Below, in pieces: positions 49,658-61,749 of a stretch of 64,000 bases of DNA. The position numbers and the translations under genes are program-made. Each line of letters opens with the position of its first letter. The stretch's first letter is position 1. Below the pieces are notes generated by a model. The model was not told the origin of the DNA, did not search any database, and was given only the letters and a program-made list of their open reading frames with translations. Source of the stretch: Mobula hypostoma (Eukaryota); contig NC_086097.1 of NCBI RefSeq assembly GCF_963921235.1, forward strand, positions 183,770,001 to 183,834,000. Direction: 5' to 3'.

Positions 49658-51514
49658 TATATGTTAAATTAAATAAGTAATGCAAAAAAATATTGAGGTA
49701 ATGTTCATAGGCTCAATGTCCACTCATAACACAGAATTATTCTTTATAATGCAGAATTTATTCAGCTTCTTCTTGGGCAGTCCCTCAGGATCAAAGACAA
49801 TTTGAAATATCTAATGAGATGAGACCTATGTGAGAACCATAGTTTCCTACTGGTGGAGCTGGTGGGCTGGTGTGTGCGTGGGTAGTTTTCTAGTGCTCCT
49901 AATGCATGGTCTTGAGGTTCTCAGTACCAGTTTGAATGTTCCATATCCATTTGAGCAGCAATGAGCTACATGCTCCCAGAAGCCAGTGAAGATGTTACAC
50001 TTCTTTAAGGGTTTGAATTGTTTCGTCTGTCTGGTAGTCTTGTCTGATACATTCAACAATCAGTTATCTGCATCTGATCTTCAAAGTTCCCTTTACTCAC
50101 CAAACTTTTGCTTGCTGATTTGTTTTGACACCCATTATTTAAACTTTGACTTAATTCCTAATCCCTTTCTCGTGTTCTTCCTCCTTCTCATAACTATCTC
50201 ATGTCCAAAATTTTCTGAAGAACATGTCTGACATATTATTGGCAAATGATGCTTTCAGCCACATTGACCATGAACAATAAACTTCATTTCCAAATCACAT
50301 TCCGTTTCTCTTTCCACTTAAAATTAATCATTAAACCTTACCTTTTGAATAATCATTTGATCACTTGTTCTAAAGCTTCCTATTTTGATTTGTATCAATT
50401 TCTGCCTGATTTTACTCTCCTGAAGTGCTCTGGGATATTTTACCATGAAGAATGTTTTCCATAAGTTAAAGTTTTGCATGTTGTAGTTAGATCAGACTGA
50501 CAAGGTTTATCTTTCAAAGGATCCACTCAGTTTTGAATAGTTGCAAATGTTTTCTCATGTTTCTGCACATTATGAACCATGTGCAAATTTTTGCCCATTT
50601 ATATTTTATTATTTCTGTATCACCAGTAAATTTTGCTGCAATTAATCTTTTTTTCATCACATTCATTAAAATAGATAGTAAATTGTCAAAGTCCCAGTAC
50701 TGATCCCTGTGGTACCTCACCACTTGTACTCTCCCAACCTGAAAATTAAGTAATTATCCTGATTCTCAGTTTCCTGTTCGCTGGCCAATTATCTATCCAT
50801 TTATATATATTATACCAAAATGCAAAATAATAATAATTGCTGATGTTGGAACATCTGTAGCACAAATACCCAGCAGGTCATGCAGCATCTGTGAACAAAG
50901 CAAGTTAATGTTTCAGATTAATGACCTTTCTTCAGAACTCATGAATGCTTGTTCTATCCTTTTATGCTGTCTCCTCTTGAACGGCTTTGGACAATCAAAG
51001 CAATATATTTATTGGATTCAACCACTCTGGTGGTTACATATTCAGGGAACTCTAATAGATATTTTTGAAGTAGTTTTAACTACCATAATTTCAGTCAACG
51101 TTATAACAATTCCTGACAATCTAGACATGATTTAACCAGATTGAAACTGCTCCAGGCTGTATAGTGCTGATTAGGTTATTACTTTCTAACTACTTTCTCA
51201 GTTGAGAATTTCGCAGGTAGCTAAAGCATGTTGTACACTTCAGAAAGCAGTTCATAAGCAATTAAACTGTGGTGCGTTCATTGAATTGTGGAACATTTCT
51301 AAATCATTTTAAAGTTTCAGATATGTGTGAGAATACTATTTTATTTTACATTCATAGAACATTTATTTTGTGTTGAGCCACTGAAATTGTTATACTGTTG
51401 GAAAATACCACTTCTCATATTTCCAATTAACATAAGGATGTATGCAGCACCTGTATGCTGCTTTCTGTGTTTCAGCTTTGAGACTCATCAAATCCTTTTT
51501 TACTTCAGAGAGAT

Positions 51515-51735
51515 AAGAGAGACTGCAAGTACTGGAAACCTAGAGCGACATACACAAAATGCTGGAGGAACTCAGCAGTCAGGCAAACAGATAGCAGCAA
51601 ATCATCGGGACTGGTGACGAGTCTCAGCTCCAAACGACAGCTATTCACTTCCATCAATAGATGCTGCTTGGCTAGCTGAGTTCCTCTGCATTTTGTTTGT
51701 ATCGCTCTTTCTTACACCAGCTTTCTGCAGTCTGT
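51515..51735. mobile_element. Small palindromic Penelope-derived unit (two inverted pLTR ends)
   Basis: ...CAAAATGCTGGAGGAACTCAGC... faces ...GCTGAGTTCCTCTGCATTTTG... across a degenerate hammerhead region. Confidence 0.6.
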
Positions 51736-51809
51736 CTTCATTGGAATACTAATCAGATTTTTTCCTTTTACCTCCAAAGTAAAGAGTTTCCAGTTTCTTT
51801 TAACTTCCT

Positions 51810-53620
51810 TCCACTGGTTGGTGTAGACCATGGATATTGTGTCCCAGCTGTCTACATGTTATGCAACCCAGGGCAATTTGATATGGAGAGCAAGCTGTTG
51901 CCAATATAGGAAGACCACCCTCTCCACGCAGATGATGAATTTCAGCATTCAATACTATCATCCCCACAAAACTACTCAAAATGCTGTAAGACCTTGGCCT
52001 CTGTACCTCCTTGTGCAATTGGATCCTCGATTTCCTCACTTGCAGACCCCAGTCGGTTTGGATTTGCAATAACGTTTCCTCCACGATTCCATCAGCACTG
52101 GTGCACCACAAGGCTGTGTTCTTAGTCTCCAGCTCCACTTGCCTTACACTTTAGACTGTGTTGGTAAGCAGAGTTCCAGTGCTATATTCAAGTCTGCTGA
52201 TGACATCACTGTTGTTGGCTGAATGAAAGGTGGTGATGGATCAGTATATAGAAGGGAGATTGAAAGTCTGCCTGAGTGGTGTCATAACCTCTCACGCAAT
52301 GTCAGCAAGACCAAGGAGCTGATTATTGACTTCAGGAGGAGAAAACCAGAGGCCGTGAGTCAGTCCTCATCAGAGGATCAGATGTGGAGAGTGTTAGCAA
52401 CTTTAAATCCCTAGGTGTTGTTATTTGGGAGGACCTGTCCTGGGCCCAGCATGTAAGTACATTAATGAAGAAACCACAGCAGTGCCTCTACATCCTTAGG
52501 AGTTTGCGGTGATTTGGCATGACATCTAAAACTTTGACAAACTGCTATAGATGTGAAGCTGAGAGTATATTGACTGGCTGCATCACAGCCTGGAATGGAA
52601 ACACCAATGTGCTTGAATGGAGAATTCTACAAAAGTTGTGGATACGGCCCAGTGTATCACAGTATAGCCACTGAGCACACCTACATGAAATGCTCTTGCA
52701 AGAAAGTGTCATCCATCATCAGGGACCCCCACCACCCAGGCCATGCTCTTTTCTCACTGCTGCCATAAGGAAGAAGGTGCATGAGTCTTAGGATCCGCAC
52801 CACCAGGTTCAAGAACAGTAACTACCCCAAACCATCAAGGTCTTGAACCAAATGGGACAATTTCACTCAACTTCATTTGTCCCATCATTGAAATGTTCTC
52901 ACAACCAATGGACTTGCTTTAAAGGACTCTTTATCTCATGTTCTTGATATTAATTGCTTATTTATTTATATTATTGTTTTTTTTCTTTTGCATTTGCACA
53001 GCTTGTTGTCTTCTGCACTCTAGTTGAATGATACAGTAGGACAGCTTTTCATTGATTCTGATACAGTTACTATTCTATAGATTTGTTGAGTATTCTTACA
53101 AGAAAATGAATCTTAGGACTGTATGGGGTGACACATCTATACTTTGATAATAAAATTTACCTTGAACTTTGACCTTTGAATTCAAAGGTATTCCAGATGC
53201 TGATACAGTTTGGCACCAGTGGCATTACAGGAGTTGCTGGTCAACATTGAATTTAACTGAGGACTGCCTAACGGACTCTGGCTCCAGAGTTTTCCTCAGG
53301 GTTTACTCCTGAAGCCTTCCCTATGAGTTGGTACAGTTGCAAAGCAGCAGAAGTTTGAGATCAGTGTTTTCCTTCTCCTAGATGAGCTGTCAACTATGGC
53401 TAATGTGCCCCATCTGCCCAAAGCAACTGGTTTTAAGGCACTAGTAACCCACCTTTTCCTCTTGTCCTATCAGTGGAAACAGTTCTACTGAGCTTAGTAG
53501 CTAAGCCCCACGTGAAGGCCAGGAGCTGGACTTGGTTGTTAGAGGCACGACACTGAGAGCATTTAATAGGTAGTGGGAACTTACCCCACTACCAGCCCCA
53601 GCTATAACAATCTTAAAGAA
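51810..53620 (-). mobile_element. Non-autonomous RTE-related element split by an older Rex1/Babar insertion (51938-53175, +)
   Basis: 51825-51937 and 53180-53235 join up and align with the SINE body at 21060-21230; the insert has Rex motifs ([30 protein letters not shown]) and a TGAAC-type tail. Confidence 0.7.
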
Positions 53621-53734
53621 CAAACTTGCTTGTATTCTCTGCACAGGTTGTTCTTCTGCTCATCTTTGTATTACCTTCAAATTTTAGTTTCCCTATGACA
53701 ATAATACATCTTATAAACATTTGTGTCCTGGTAC

Positions 53735-54275
53735 ATAGTACATAGAATAGTACAGCACAGTACAGGCCCTTCGGCCCACAATGTTGTGCCGACCCTCAAA
53801 CCCTGCCTCCCATATAAGCCCCCACCTTAGATTCCTCCATATACCTGTCTAGTAGTCTCTTAAACTTCACTAGTGTATCTGCCTCCACCACTGACTCAGG
53901 CAGTGCATTCCACGCACCAACCACTCTCTGAGTAAAAAACCTTCCTCTAATATCCCCCTTGAACTTCCCACCCCTTACCTTAAAGCCATGTCCTCTTGTA
54001 TTGAGCAGTGGTGCCCTGGGGAAGAGGCGCTGGCTATCCACTCTATCTATTCCTCTTACTATCTTGTACACCTCTATCATGTCTCCTCTCATCCTCCTTC
54101 TCTCCAAAGAGTAAAGCCCTAGCTCCCTTAATCTCTGATCATAATCCATACTTTCTGAACCAGGCAGCATCCTGGTAAATCTCCTCTGTACCCTTTCCAA
54201 TGCTTCCACATCCTTCCTATAGTGAGGTGACCAGAACTGGACACAATACTCCAAGTGTGGCCTAACCAGAGTTTT
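53735..54275 (-). mobile_element. Young CR1 3' fragment
   Basis: Uninterrupted ORF 53796..54296 (LVRPHLEYCVQFWSP...FFTQRVVGAWNALP). Confidence 0.92.
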
Positions 54276-54477
54276 CCTGTGGCTGCAGATCACCAAGCCA
54301 GAACTGACCCACAGTTGTGCTGGCTGCTGCTAATATATCACATAGAATGCAAAAGCCAAAAAAAAAAATTGCATCAATAGATTCCCTCTCTGTCTTTAGC
54401 TGATTCCTCTACAAAGAGCTCAGATTAATTTGTCAGATAGGACTTCCCCTCTTGAAGCTGTGCTAGTGTATTATGTT

Positions 54478-57400
54478 TGAACAAGGGAGACTACAATGAG
54501 ATGAGGGGGGAGTTGGCTAATGTGGATTGGGAGCACAGGCTATTTGGTAGGACAGTTGAGGAACAGTGGAATACTTTTAAACAAATTTTAAACAAATTAA
54601 ACAACACAGTGCTCAACAAAAGTATATTCCAATCAAAAGTAAGGACAGTAAGTGTGGGGAGAGCCAGCCTTGGATAACTAAGGAAATAAAATAAAAGATA
54701 GTATCAAATTAAAAGCTCATGTGTACAAAGTCGCAAAGAGTAGTGAGAGACTGGAGGACTGGGAAAACTTTAAAAAGCAACAAAGGACAACTAAACAAGA
54801 AATAAGGAAAGGGAAGATGGAGTATGAAAGTAGATTAGCACAAAATATAAAAACAGATAGCAAAAGTTTTTATAAATATATAAAGTGGAAGAGGGTGGCT
54901 AGAGTCAATGTAGGTCCTTTGGAAGACAATAAGGGGAAATTGATATTGGGTGATAAGGAAATGGCTGAGGCATTGAATGACTATTTTGTGTCGGTCTTCA
55001 CGGTGGAGAAGAAATCTAATATGCCAAAGAAGGACGTTATGGACGAAATGGGAGATGAGGACCTCGATAAAATCACTGTCACTAAAGAGGAAGTGATGAG
55101 TAAACTAGAGGGCCTGAAGATAGATAAGTCCGCTTATCCCAGGGTGCATCCCAGGGTGCTGAGGGAGTTGGCGGAGGTTATAGTAGACGCGTTGGTAATC
55201 ATTTATCAAAACTCTCTAGGCTCTGGGCGGGTCCCGGCGGATTGGAAGACAGCAAATGTCACGCCATTTTTTAAAAAAGGATGTAGACAAAAGACGGGTA
55301 ACCATAGGCCAGTTAGCTTAACATCTGTAGTCAGGAAAATGCTAGAAGCTGTTATTAAGGAAGAAATAGCAAAACGTTTAGAAATGAGTGGTTCCATTAG
55401 ACAAACACAGCATGGATTCAAAAAGGGCAAGTCCTGTTTGACAAACTTACTAGAGTTCTTTGAGGACATAATCAGTGCAGTGGATAGAGGGGAACAGGTG
55501 GATGTCGTATACTTGGATTTCCAGAAGGCATTCAATAAGGTGCCGCACAAGAGATTTCTAAATAAGATACCAATGCATGGAGTCGGAGGAAGTGTATTGG
55601 CATGGATAGTAGATTGGTTAACCGATAGAAGGCAGAGAGTTGGTATAGATGGATGTTTCTCCAGTTGGCAGTCTGTGGTGAGTGGGGTGCTGCTGGGGTT
55701 GGTGCTGGGCCCGCAGCTGTTTACCACTTACGTTGATGATTTGGAAGAGGGGACTGAGTGTAGTGTAGCAAATTGTATAGAGGATGTGGAGAGTCTGCAG
55801 AGGGTTCTAGATAGGTTAAGTGAGTGGGCCAAAGTCTGGCAGATGGAATACAACATTGGTAAATGCGAGATTATCCACTTTGGAAGGAATAACAGAAGAG
55901 CAGATTATTATTTAAATGGTGAAAGATTGCAGCGTGCTGTTGTGCAGAGGGACTTGGGAGTGCTTGTTCATGAATCGCAAAAAGTTGGCTTGCAGGTACA
56001 ACAGGTTATTAGGAAGGCAAACGAAATCCCCTCCAGTTCGCCTACCAGCCCCGACTAGGAGTTGAGGATGCCATCGTCTACCTGCGGAACCGTGTCTACG
56101 CCCACCTGGACAATCCAGCGAGCACTGTGAGGGTCATGCTTTTTGTTTTCTCCAGTGCGTTCAACAGCATCCGCCCCGCTCTGCTGGGGGAGAAGTTGAC
56201 AGCGATGCAGGTGGATGCTTTCCTGGTGTCATGGATTCTTGATTACCTGACTGGCAGACCACAGTACGTGTGCTTGCAACACTGTGTGTCCGATAGAGTG
56301 ATCAGCAGCACTGGGGCTCCACAGGGGACTGTCTTGTCTCCCTTTCTCTTCACCATTTACACTTCAGACTTCAACTACTGCACAGAGTCTTGTCATCTTC
56401 AGAAGTTTTCTGATGACTCTGCCATAGATGGATGCATCAGCAAGGGAGATGATGCTGAGTACAGGGCTACGGTAGGAAACTTTGTCACATAGTGTGAGCA
56501 GAATTATCTGCAGCTTAATGTGAAAAAGACTAAGGAGCTGGTGGTAGACCTGAGGAGAGCTAAGGTACCGGTGACCCCTGTTTCCATCCAGGGGATCAGT
56601 GTGGACATGGTGGAGGATTACAAATACCTGGGGAAACGAATCAACAATAAACTGGACTGGTCAAACAACACTGAGGCTGTCTACAAGAAGGGTCAGAGCC
56701 GTCTCTGTTTCGTGAGGAGACTGAGGTCCTTTATCATCTGTCGGACGATGCTGAGGATGTTCTACGAGTCTGTGGTGGCCAGTGCGATCATGTTTGCTGT
56801 TGTGTGCTGGGGCAGCAGGCTGAGGGTAGCAGACACCAACAGAATCAACAAACTCATTCGTAAGGCCAGTGATGTTGTGGGGATGGAACTGGACTCTCTG
56901 ACGGTGGTGTCCGAAAAGAGGATGCTGTCTAAGTTGCATGCCATCTTGGATAATGTCTCCCATCCACTATATAATGTACTGGTTGGGCACAGCAGCACAT
57001 TCAGCCAGAGACTCATTCCACCGAAATGCAACACAGAGCATCATAGGAAGTCATTCCTGCCTGTGGCCATCAAACTTTACAACTCCTCCCTTGGAGGGTC
57101 AGACATCCTGAGCCAATAGGCTGGTCCTGGACTTATTTCCTGGCATAATTTGCATATTACTATTTAACTATTTATGGTTCTATTACTATTTATTATTTAT
57201 GGTGCAACTGTAACGAAAACCAATTTCCCCCGGGATCAATAAAGTATGACTATGACTTTGGAATGTTGGCTTTCATTGCTAGAGAGATTGGATTCAAGAG
57301 CAGGGAGGTCATGCTGCAACTATACAGGGTACTGGCGAGGCTGCACCTGGAGTACTGTGTGCAGTTCTGGTCTCCATAATTGAGGAAGGATATACTGGCT

Positions 57401-57600
57401 TTGGAGGCAGTGCAGAGGAGGCTCACCAGGTTGATTCCACAGATGAATGGGTTAACGTACAAGGAGAAATTGAGTCGCCTGGGACTATACTCTCTGGAGT
57501 TCAGAAGAATGAGAGGGGATCTTATTTAAACATACAAAATTTTGAAAGGGGTAGATAAGATAGAAGTAGGAAAGTTGTCAAATACAGAGGACATGCTTTT
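54478..57600 (+). mobile_element. CR1 LINE ORF2 interrupted by Rex1/Babar
   Basis: ORF 54721..56058 carries CR1 RT motifs; CR1 resumes at ~57258 (GMLAFIAR..LHLEYCVQFWSP). Confidence 0.93.
56028..57256 (+). mobile_element. Rex1/Babar LINE, 5'-truncated RT
   Basis: PLQFAYQP..VEDAI, FSSAFNSI, TGAPQGTVLSPFLF, KFSDD, KTKELVVDLRR motifs; AATAAA + (TATGAC)n tail. Confidence 0.95.
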
Positions 57601-58849
57601 AAAGTTAGAGGGAGAAGTTTAACTGTGTGGAGAGAAACAAGTTTATTTCATTGCACTGAGTGCTAGATGCTTTAAATGGGTTATCAGGGGCAATACTGGA
57701 GTCAGACAGTTTGGTGGAGTTTAACAGGATACATGAATATGAATGGATGGCGGTATATGAAATAAACAGTAGGAGGACATTTAGCATAATACTAGCATCA
57801 AAACTGGCATAACATCATTGACCAAATGGCCTGTCCAGTGCTGTACTATGTAATAGTGAAGGAACACTTACATTTGGAGATAATCAAGTTGTCAGATTTA
57901 GAGGAAATTATGGAGGTAAGAAGGGGTGAGGCCATGGAGGGATTTGACAGCAATTTGAGATCAAGGCATTGAGTCAGATGTGGTCTGTGAATTACAGTGG
58001 TGTCTGGTGAAAGGAATTGGTTGTGAAAATAGTACCTGAGCAGCAGAATTTTGGATGACTCTGTAGGGGGTAGACTGGGAGGCTGGCTAAGAGTGCTTGG
58101 ATTAGTCAAGACTGGACATACTAAAGGAATACTTCAGAGTTTTGACAGTTGAGCAACAAGGGTAAAGCAGGTTGGTGATGGAGAAAATAGACTGTCTTGA
58201 TGGAATGGATTTGTTGGATTTGTTGAGGAGATATATGAATAGGACTGGGAAAGCTCAACTGTGTCCCATCAGACAAAGATGGTGGAATCAACAGTGTCAA
58301 AGGCTGGAGATACATCAAAAGGATGAGAAAGTATTGATTAATTTTGCCATAATTGCAAAATATTCTGATTGACATTGAAAATAGCCCATTTGATATTACA
58401 ATGGAGATATTGAAACAAGGAGTTTCGTGAAGATGGGCAAGGTTTGGTAGACTGTAGCAGGTTCAAGGTCTTTGAAATGGAAAAGAAAGTTGATGAAGGA
58501 AATTATTTGGTGTATTTATGTATAATATGTAATTAAATAATGTCAATCTAGAACGTAATGCTGTTATCATATGTAAATATGATGTAAAACAGGTACTAGT
58601 ATGACTTGCAATAAAGTACCACCCTTGTTTCAAAGCTCTAGTGTCCTGCAGATTAATACTGCTAACTAAACACTAAATGTAATCCAAGATACAGTCAAGC
58701 TATTTCCTGCTTATCAGCAAGAAAATTCAAATGCAATAGAAACATAAATTCAATTAGAGGTCCACCAAAATGAAGTTTGGAGATTCTGTTGTGAATTATT
58801 GAAAATGCTGTCAATTACTGTATCATTGCATATAGTGGCCTACATCCAA

Positions 58850-59290
58850 TGACATAATCTGGAGATTAAACCTGATATCAAGCCATATTATTGCACACTA
58901 CGGCTATTTCCTTTTTCCTTGGTGAGCCAAGTAATAGAAGAACTTGACAAACTGTATAGAAATGGAATTTGCGTCAAAGTTACTCATAGTAATTGAGTGG
59001 CTCCAGCAGTGGTTGTGCCTAAGGCAGATAAAATTGTAAGGCTGTACATTACAACAAAGGAACAGTTGTTCAGAAAGCCAGTAAGGAACAATACCCTTAC
59101 CAGTTTCTAGGGATTTATAGACAGAGCTGGAGAAACTCGAGTTTTTTTTAAAAACAGTACATGATGACAACAGTCAGAAGTACCTGATTCACGTGCACTT
59201 ACTCCAGTACTAAATAACCATACAGAACCAAATTCCAAACACAGATCTTCCAAACCATAATGAACAGAATGTTGAAGGGCATTGACAATT
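58850..59290 (+). mobile_element. Ancient Gypsy RT relic
   Basis: LEIKPDIKPYY..FPFSLVSQVIEELDKLYRNGICVKVTHSN*VAPAVVVPKADKIVRL. Confidence 0.7.
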
Positions 59291-59511
59291 GTTGGTATAA
59301 TCAACATGGCTGACAAGGAAAGTCAAAAACAACAGAAAAGGAAGAGAGGATATGTGATAAAGCAAAAGTTAGTGGGAGGATAGAGAAATGAGAGGCTTTT
59401 AAAAACCAACAGAAAGCAACTGAAAAAGCCGTAATGAGAGAAAAGATGAAATATTATTGTAAGCTAGCCAAAAATATAAAAAAGGATACCAAAAGTTTTT
59501 TTTTCCAAATA

Positions 59512-59577
59512 CAGTATCGTGCAAAGTTCTTCGTCATCTTAGCTACATATATGTGCCTAATCTTTTGCACAGTACTC
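59512..59577. mobile_element. Tiny Tc1-type MITE
   Basis: TA|CAGTATCGTGCAAAG...CTTTTGCACAGTACT imperfect inverted ends around a short spacer. Confidence 0.5.
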
Positions 59578-60027
59578 TGTCTTATGGTCTTGTGGTCTAA
59601 TCAGGCCCTTTGTATGCAATCACTTATATATTCTGTCCCTTAAAATACTTTCCAATAATTTACATAATTGACAACAGACTCACTGGGCTGTGATTATTCT
59701 TAGAACCTTTCCTGAACAACAGAACAACATTTGCTATCCTCCAGTCCTCAGGCAATTCACCTGTGTCTAAAGATGTTTTAAATATCTCACCCAAGGCCCC
59801 TGTAATTTCTATACTAGCCACCTGAAAGGTCAGAGGGGACTCCTTGTCAGGACTGGAGATTTATCTACCTAATTTGCCTCAAGACAGCAAGCACCTTCAC
59901 TTCTACATCTGGATAAAGTCTATGACCTCACTTCTCTTTTGTCTCAGTCTATGAACCCGCTCAGAGCTCTTTGATCTCTTGAAACTTCTCACCTTTGCAA
60001 TATCCGTACATTTAGATAATAATCCAC

Positions 60028-61740
60028 TCTTATGTTTAGTAACTTCAGAAAATAATCCAAAGAAAAACACATGAGCCCAGGGATAAATGAGTGTCGACTT
60101 CTCTTTTACTTTTTGCAAGGCGTGCTCATATGATGTGGTGGCGTAATGATGTAGGACATTCACATACTTTTACATATAACCTGTAATGAGTTACGTAAAC
60201 AAAGAATGCTTAATCAAACAATATATTTACAATATTACTTAAATGTTATTGAAATATGAAATAAAAGGCACTCCCTCCCTGCTTACTATAAACTCTAGCT
60301 TGATATAGAATGCATCTCAACTTTAATATGTAACATATTGCTCTCTGGTTTTATGTATATATACACACACACAGCATGCTATATAATACAACTACTATAT
60401 GCTGCAGATATCGACAGCATAGTAAATTTTAGATTGTCCCATTCAGGCATAAAGCTTTAATTGCTGTGGAGGATTTCTTTACTCTTGTGGCATAACATCT
60501 TTCCTGACAAAGGAAGTCATTCTGCTTGGCAGGTGACACTTGTGGCTGTGAACAATCTCAGCTTCTGGAGCTTCCTCCATCCTGGTTGTAGGAGTTGACT
60601 CTGGGACTGCAGGATGTGGTTCTGACAGCTTTGGACACCTTTTGTTCTCTAACCATTGATTCTGCAGGGGCATTGCAGGCCATTCTCAGGGATAGAGAGA
60701 AGCTGCTCTTGGCATCTTCTGAGTGTTTTGGTATCCCGAACAGTGCATGGCAAGCTGCTGGATCTGCTGATCTATCCCAGGCCACCAGACCGAGCTTTGA
60801 GCCAACACTTTAATTTTAACCACACCTCAATGACCAGCATGTAGCTGCTCCAACACTTTAGCTCACAGCTTGGATGGTACAACACTCAATCCCCATGTAA
60901 GACAACATGCCACCTCCTCCTTCCCCTGTCAAGGGCAAGTTCATCCCAGTGCTAGTAAAAATGGGGGAAGCTGGAATTCTACTTCATTTTACAGCCATTT
61001 GGGTTGGCATATAGATTTGAGACCATGTTGGATCTGTTTTGGTTTCCCTTTGGATCATTTCTGCCATAATACATAGACTTTTGATTTGCATTAAGGAGAA
61101 TGTCAAGAGCAGCATCATCTTTTTTTTTAAATCAGGTACTTCCTTTATCAAACTTAAACAGGACAATCCATCAACATTTTCATGATTACTTATTAGTTGT
61201 TATCTTGAATTTGATCTTTTAATTGTGTCCTCCAAGAAACAGGGCCCATCTCTGCTGCTGCTGTTAGTGGAACACACTTCTGTGGATTGAAAATGGACAC
61301 TAGTGGTTGATGATCAGTATTGAGGGTAAACTCTCTCCCATACAAGTACTAGTTAAAATATTTTACACTGCAAACCAGACTCAAGGCCTCTCTGTCAACC
61401 TGTGCATAGTTTTTCTCATAACATATGACATGACTGTACCTACACGGCGAGCTTCACTGGACAATGTGAATGATAACGAGTACAGTGTCTGTCATCACCA
61501 TTCCCTTTGTCTTTTGGAAAGCCATCCAACACTGCTTTGTCCATTGTTATTTCTTCCCGATATGTAGTAATGAGTTCAAGGGGTGGACACGGTAGCCAGG
61601 TTTGGCAAGACCCTGTTATGGGAATTGATAAATCCTAAAAAACTCCACAAGTGTCACACATCCTTTGGCCATGGGACATCTACCAATGCTTGAATTTTCT
61701 CAGCACACTTGTGTAACCAATGGTGTGACCACAGTAATCG
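60028..61740 (-). mobile_element. Gypsy 3' portion, same family as 8350-11525
   Basis: LTR 60028-60270; PPT AGCAGGGAGGGAG 60271-60283; deleted RT/RH/IN remnants (WPGIDQQI..HCSG integrase zinc-finger region). Confidence 0.85.
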
Positions 61741-61749
61741 GTGATTGCA

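Noticed and set aside
53480..53560. HDV-like ribozyme in the RTE-related head
   Set aside because: I could not build the nested double pseudoknot by eye; needs a covariance search
60655..60790. Third cargo gene inside the minus-strand Gypsy
   Set aside because: Translates as the Gypsy integrase zinc-finger region followed by a simple deletion
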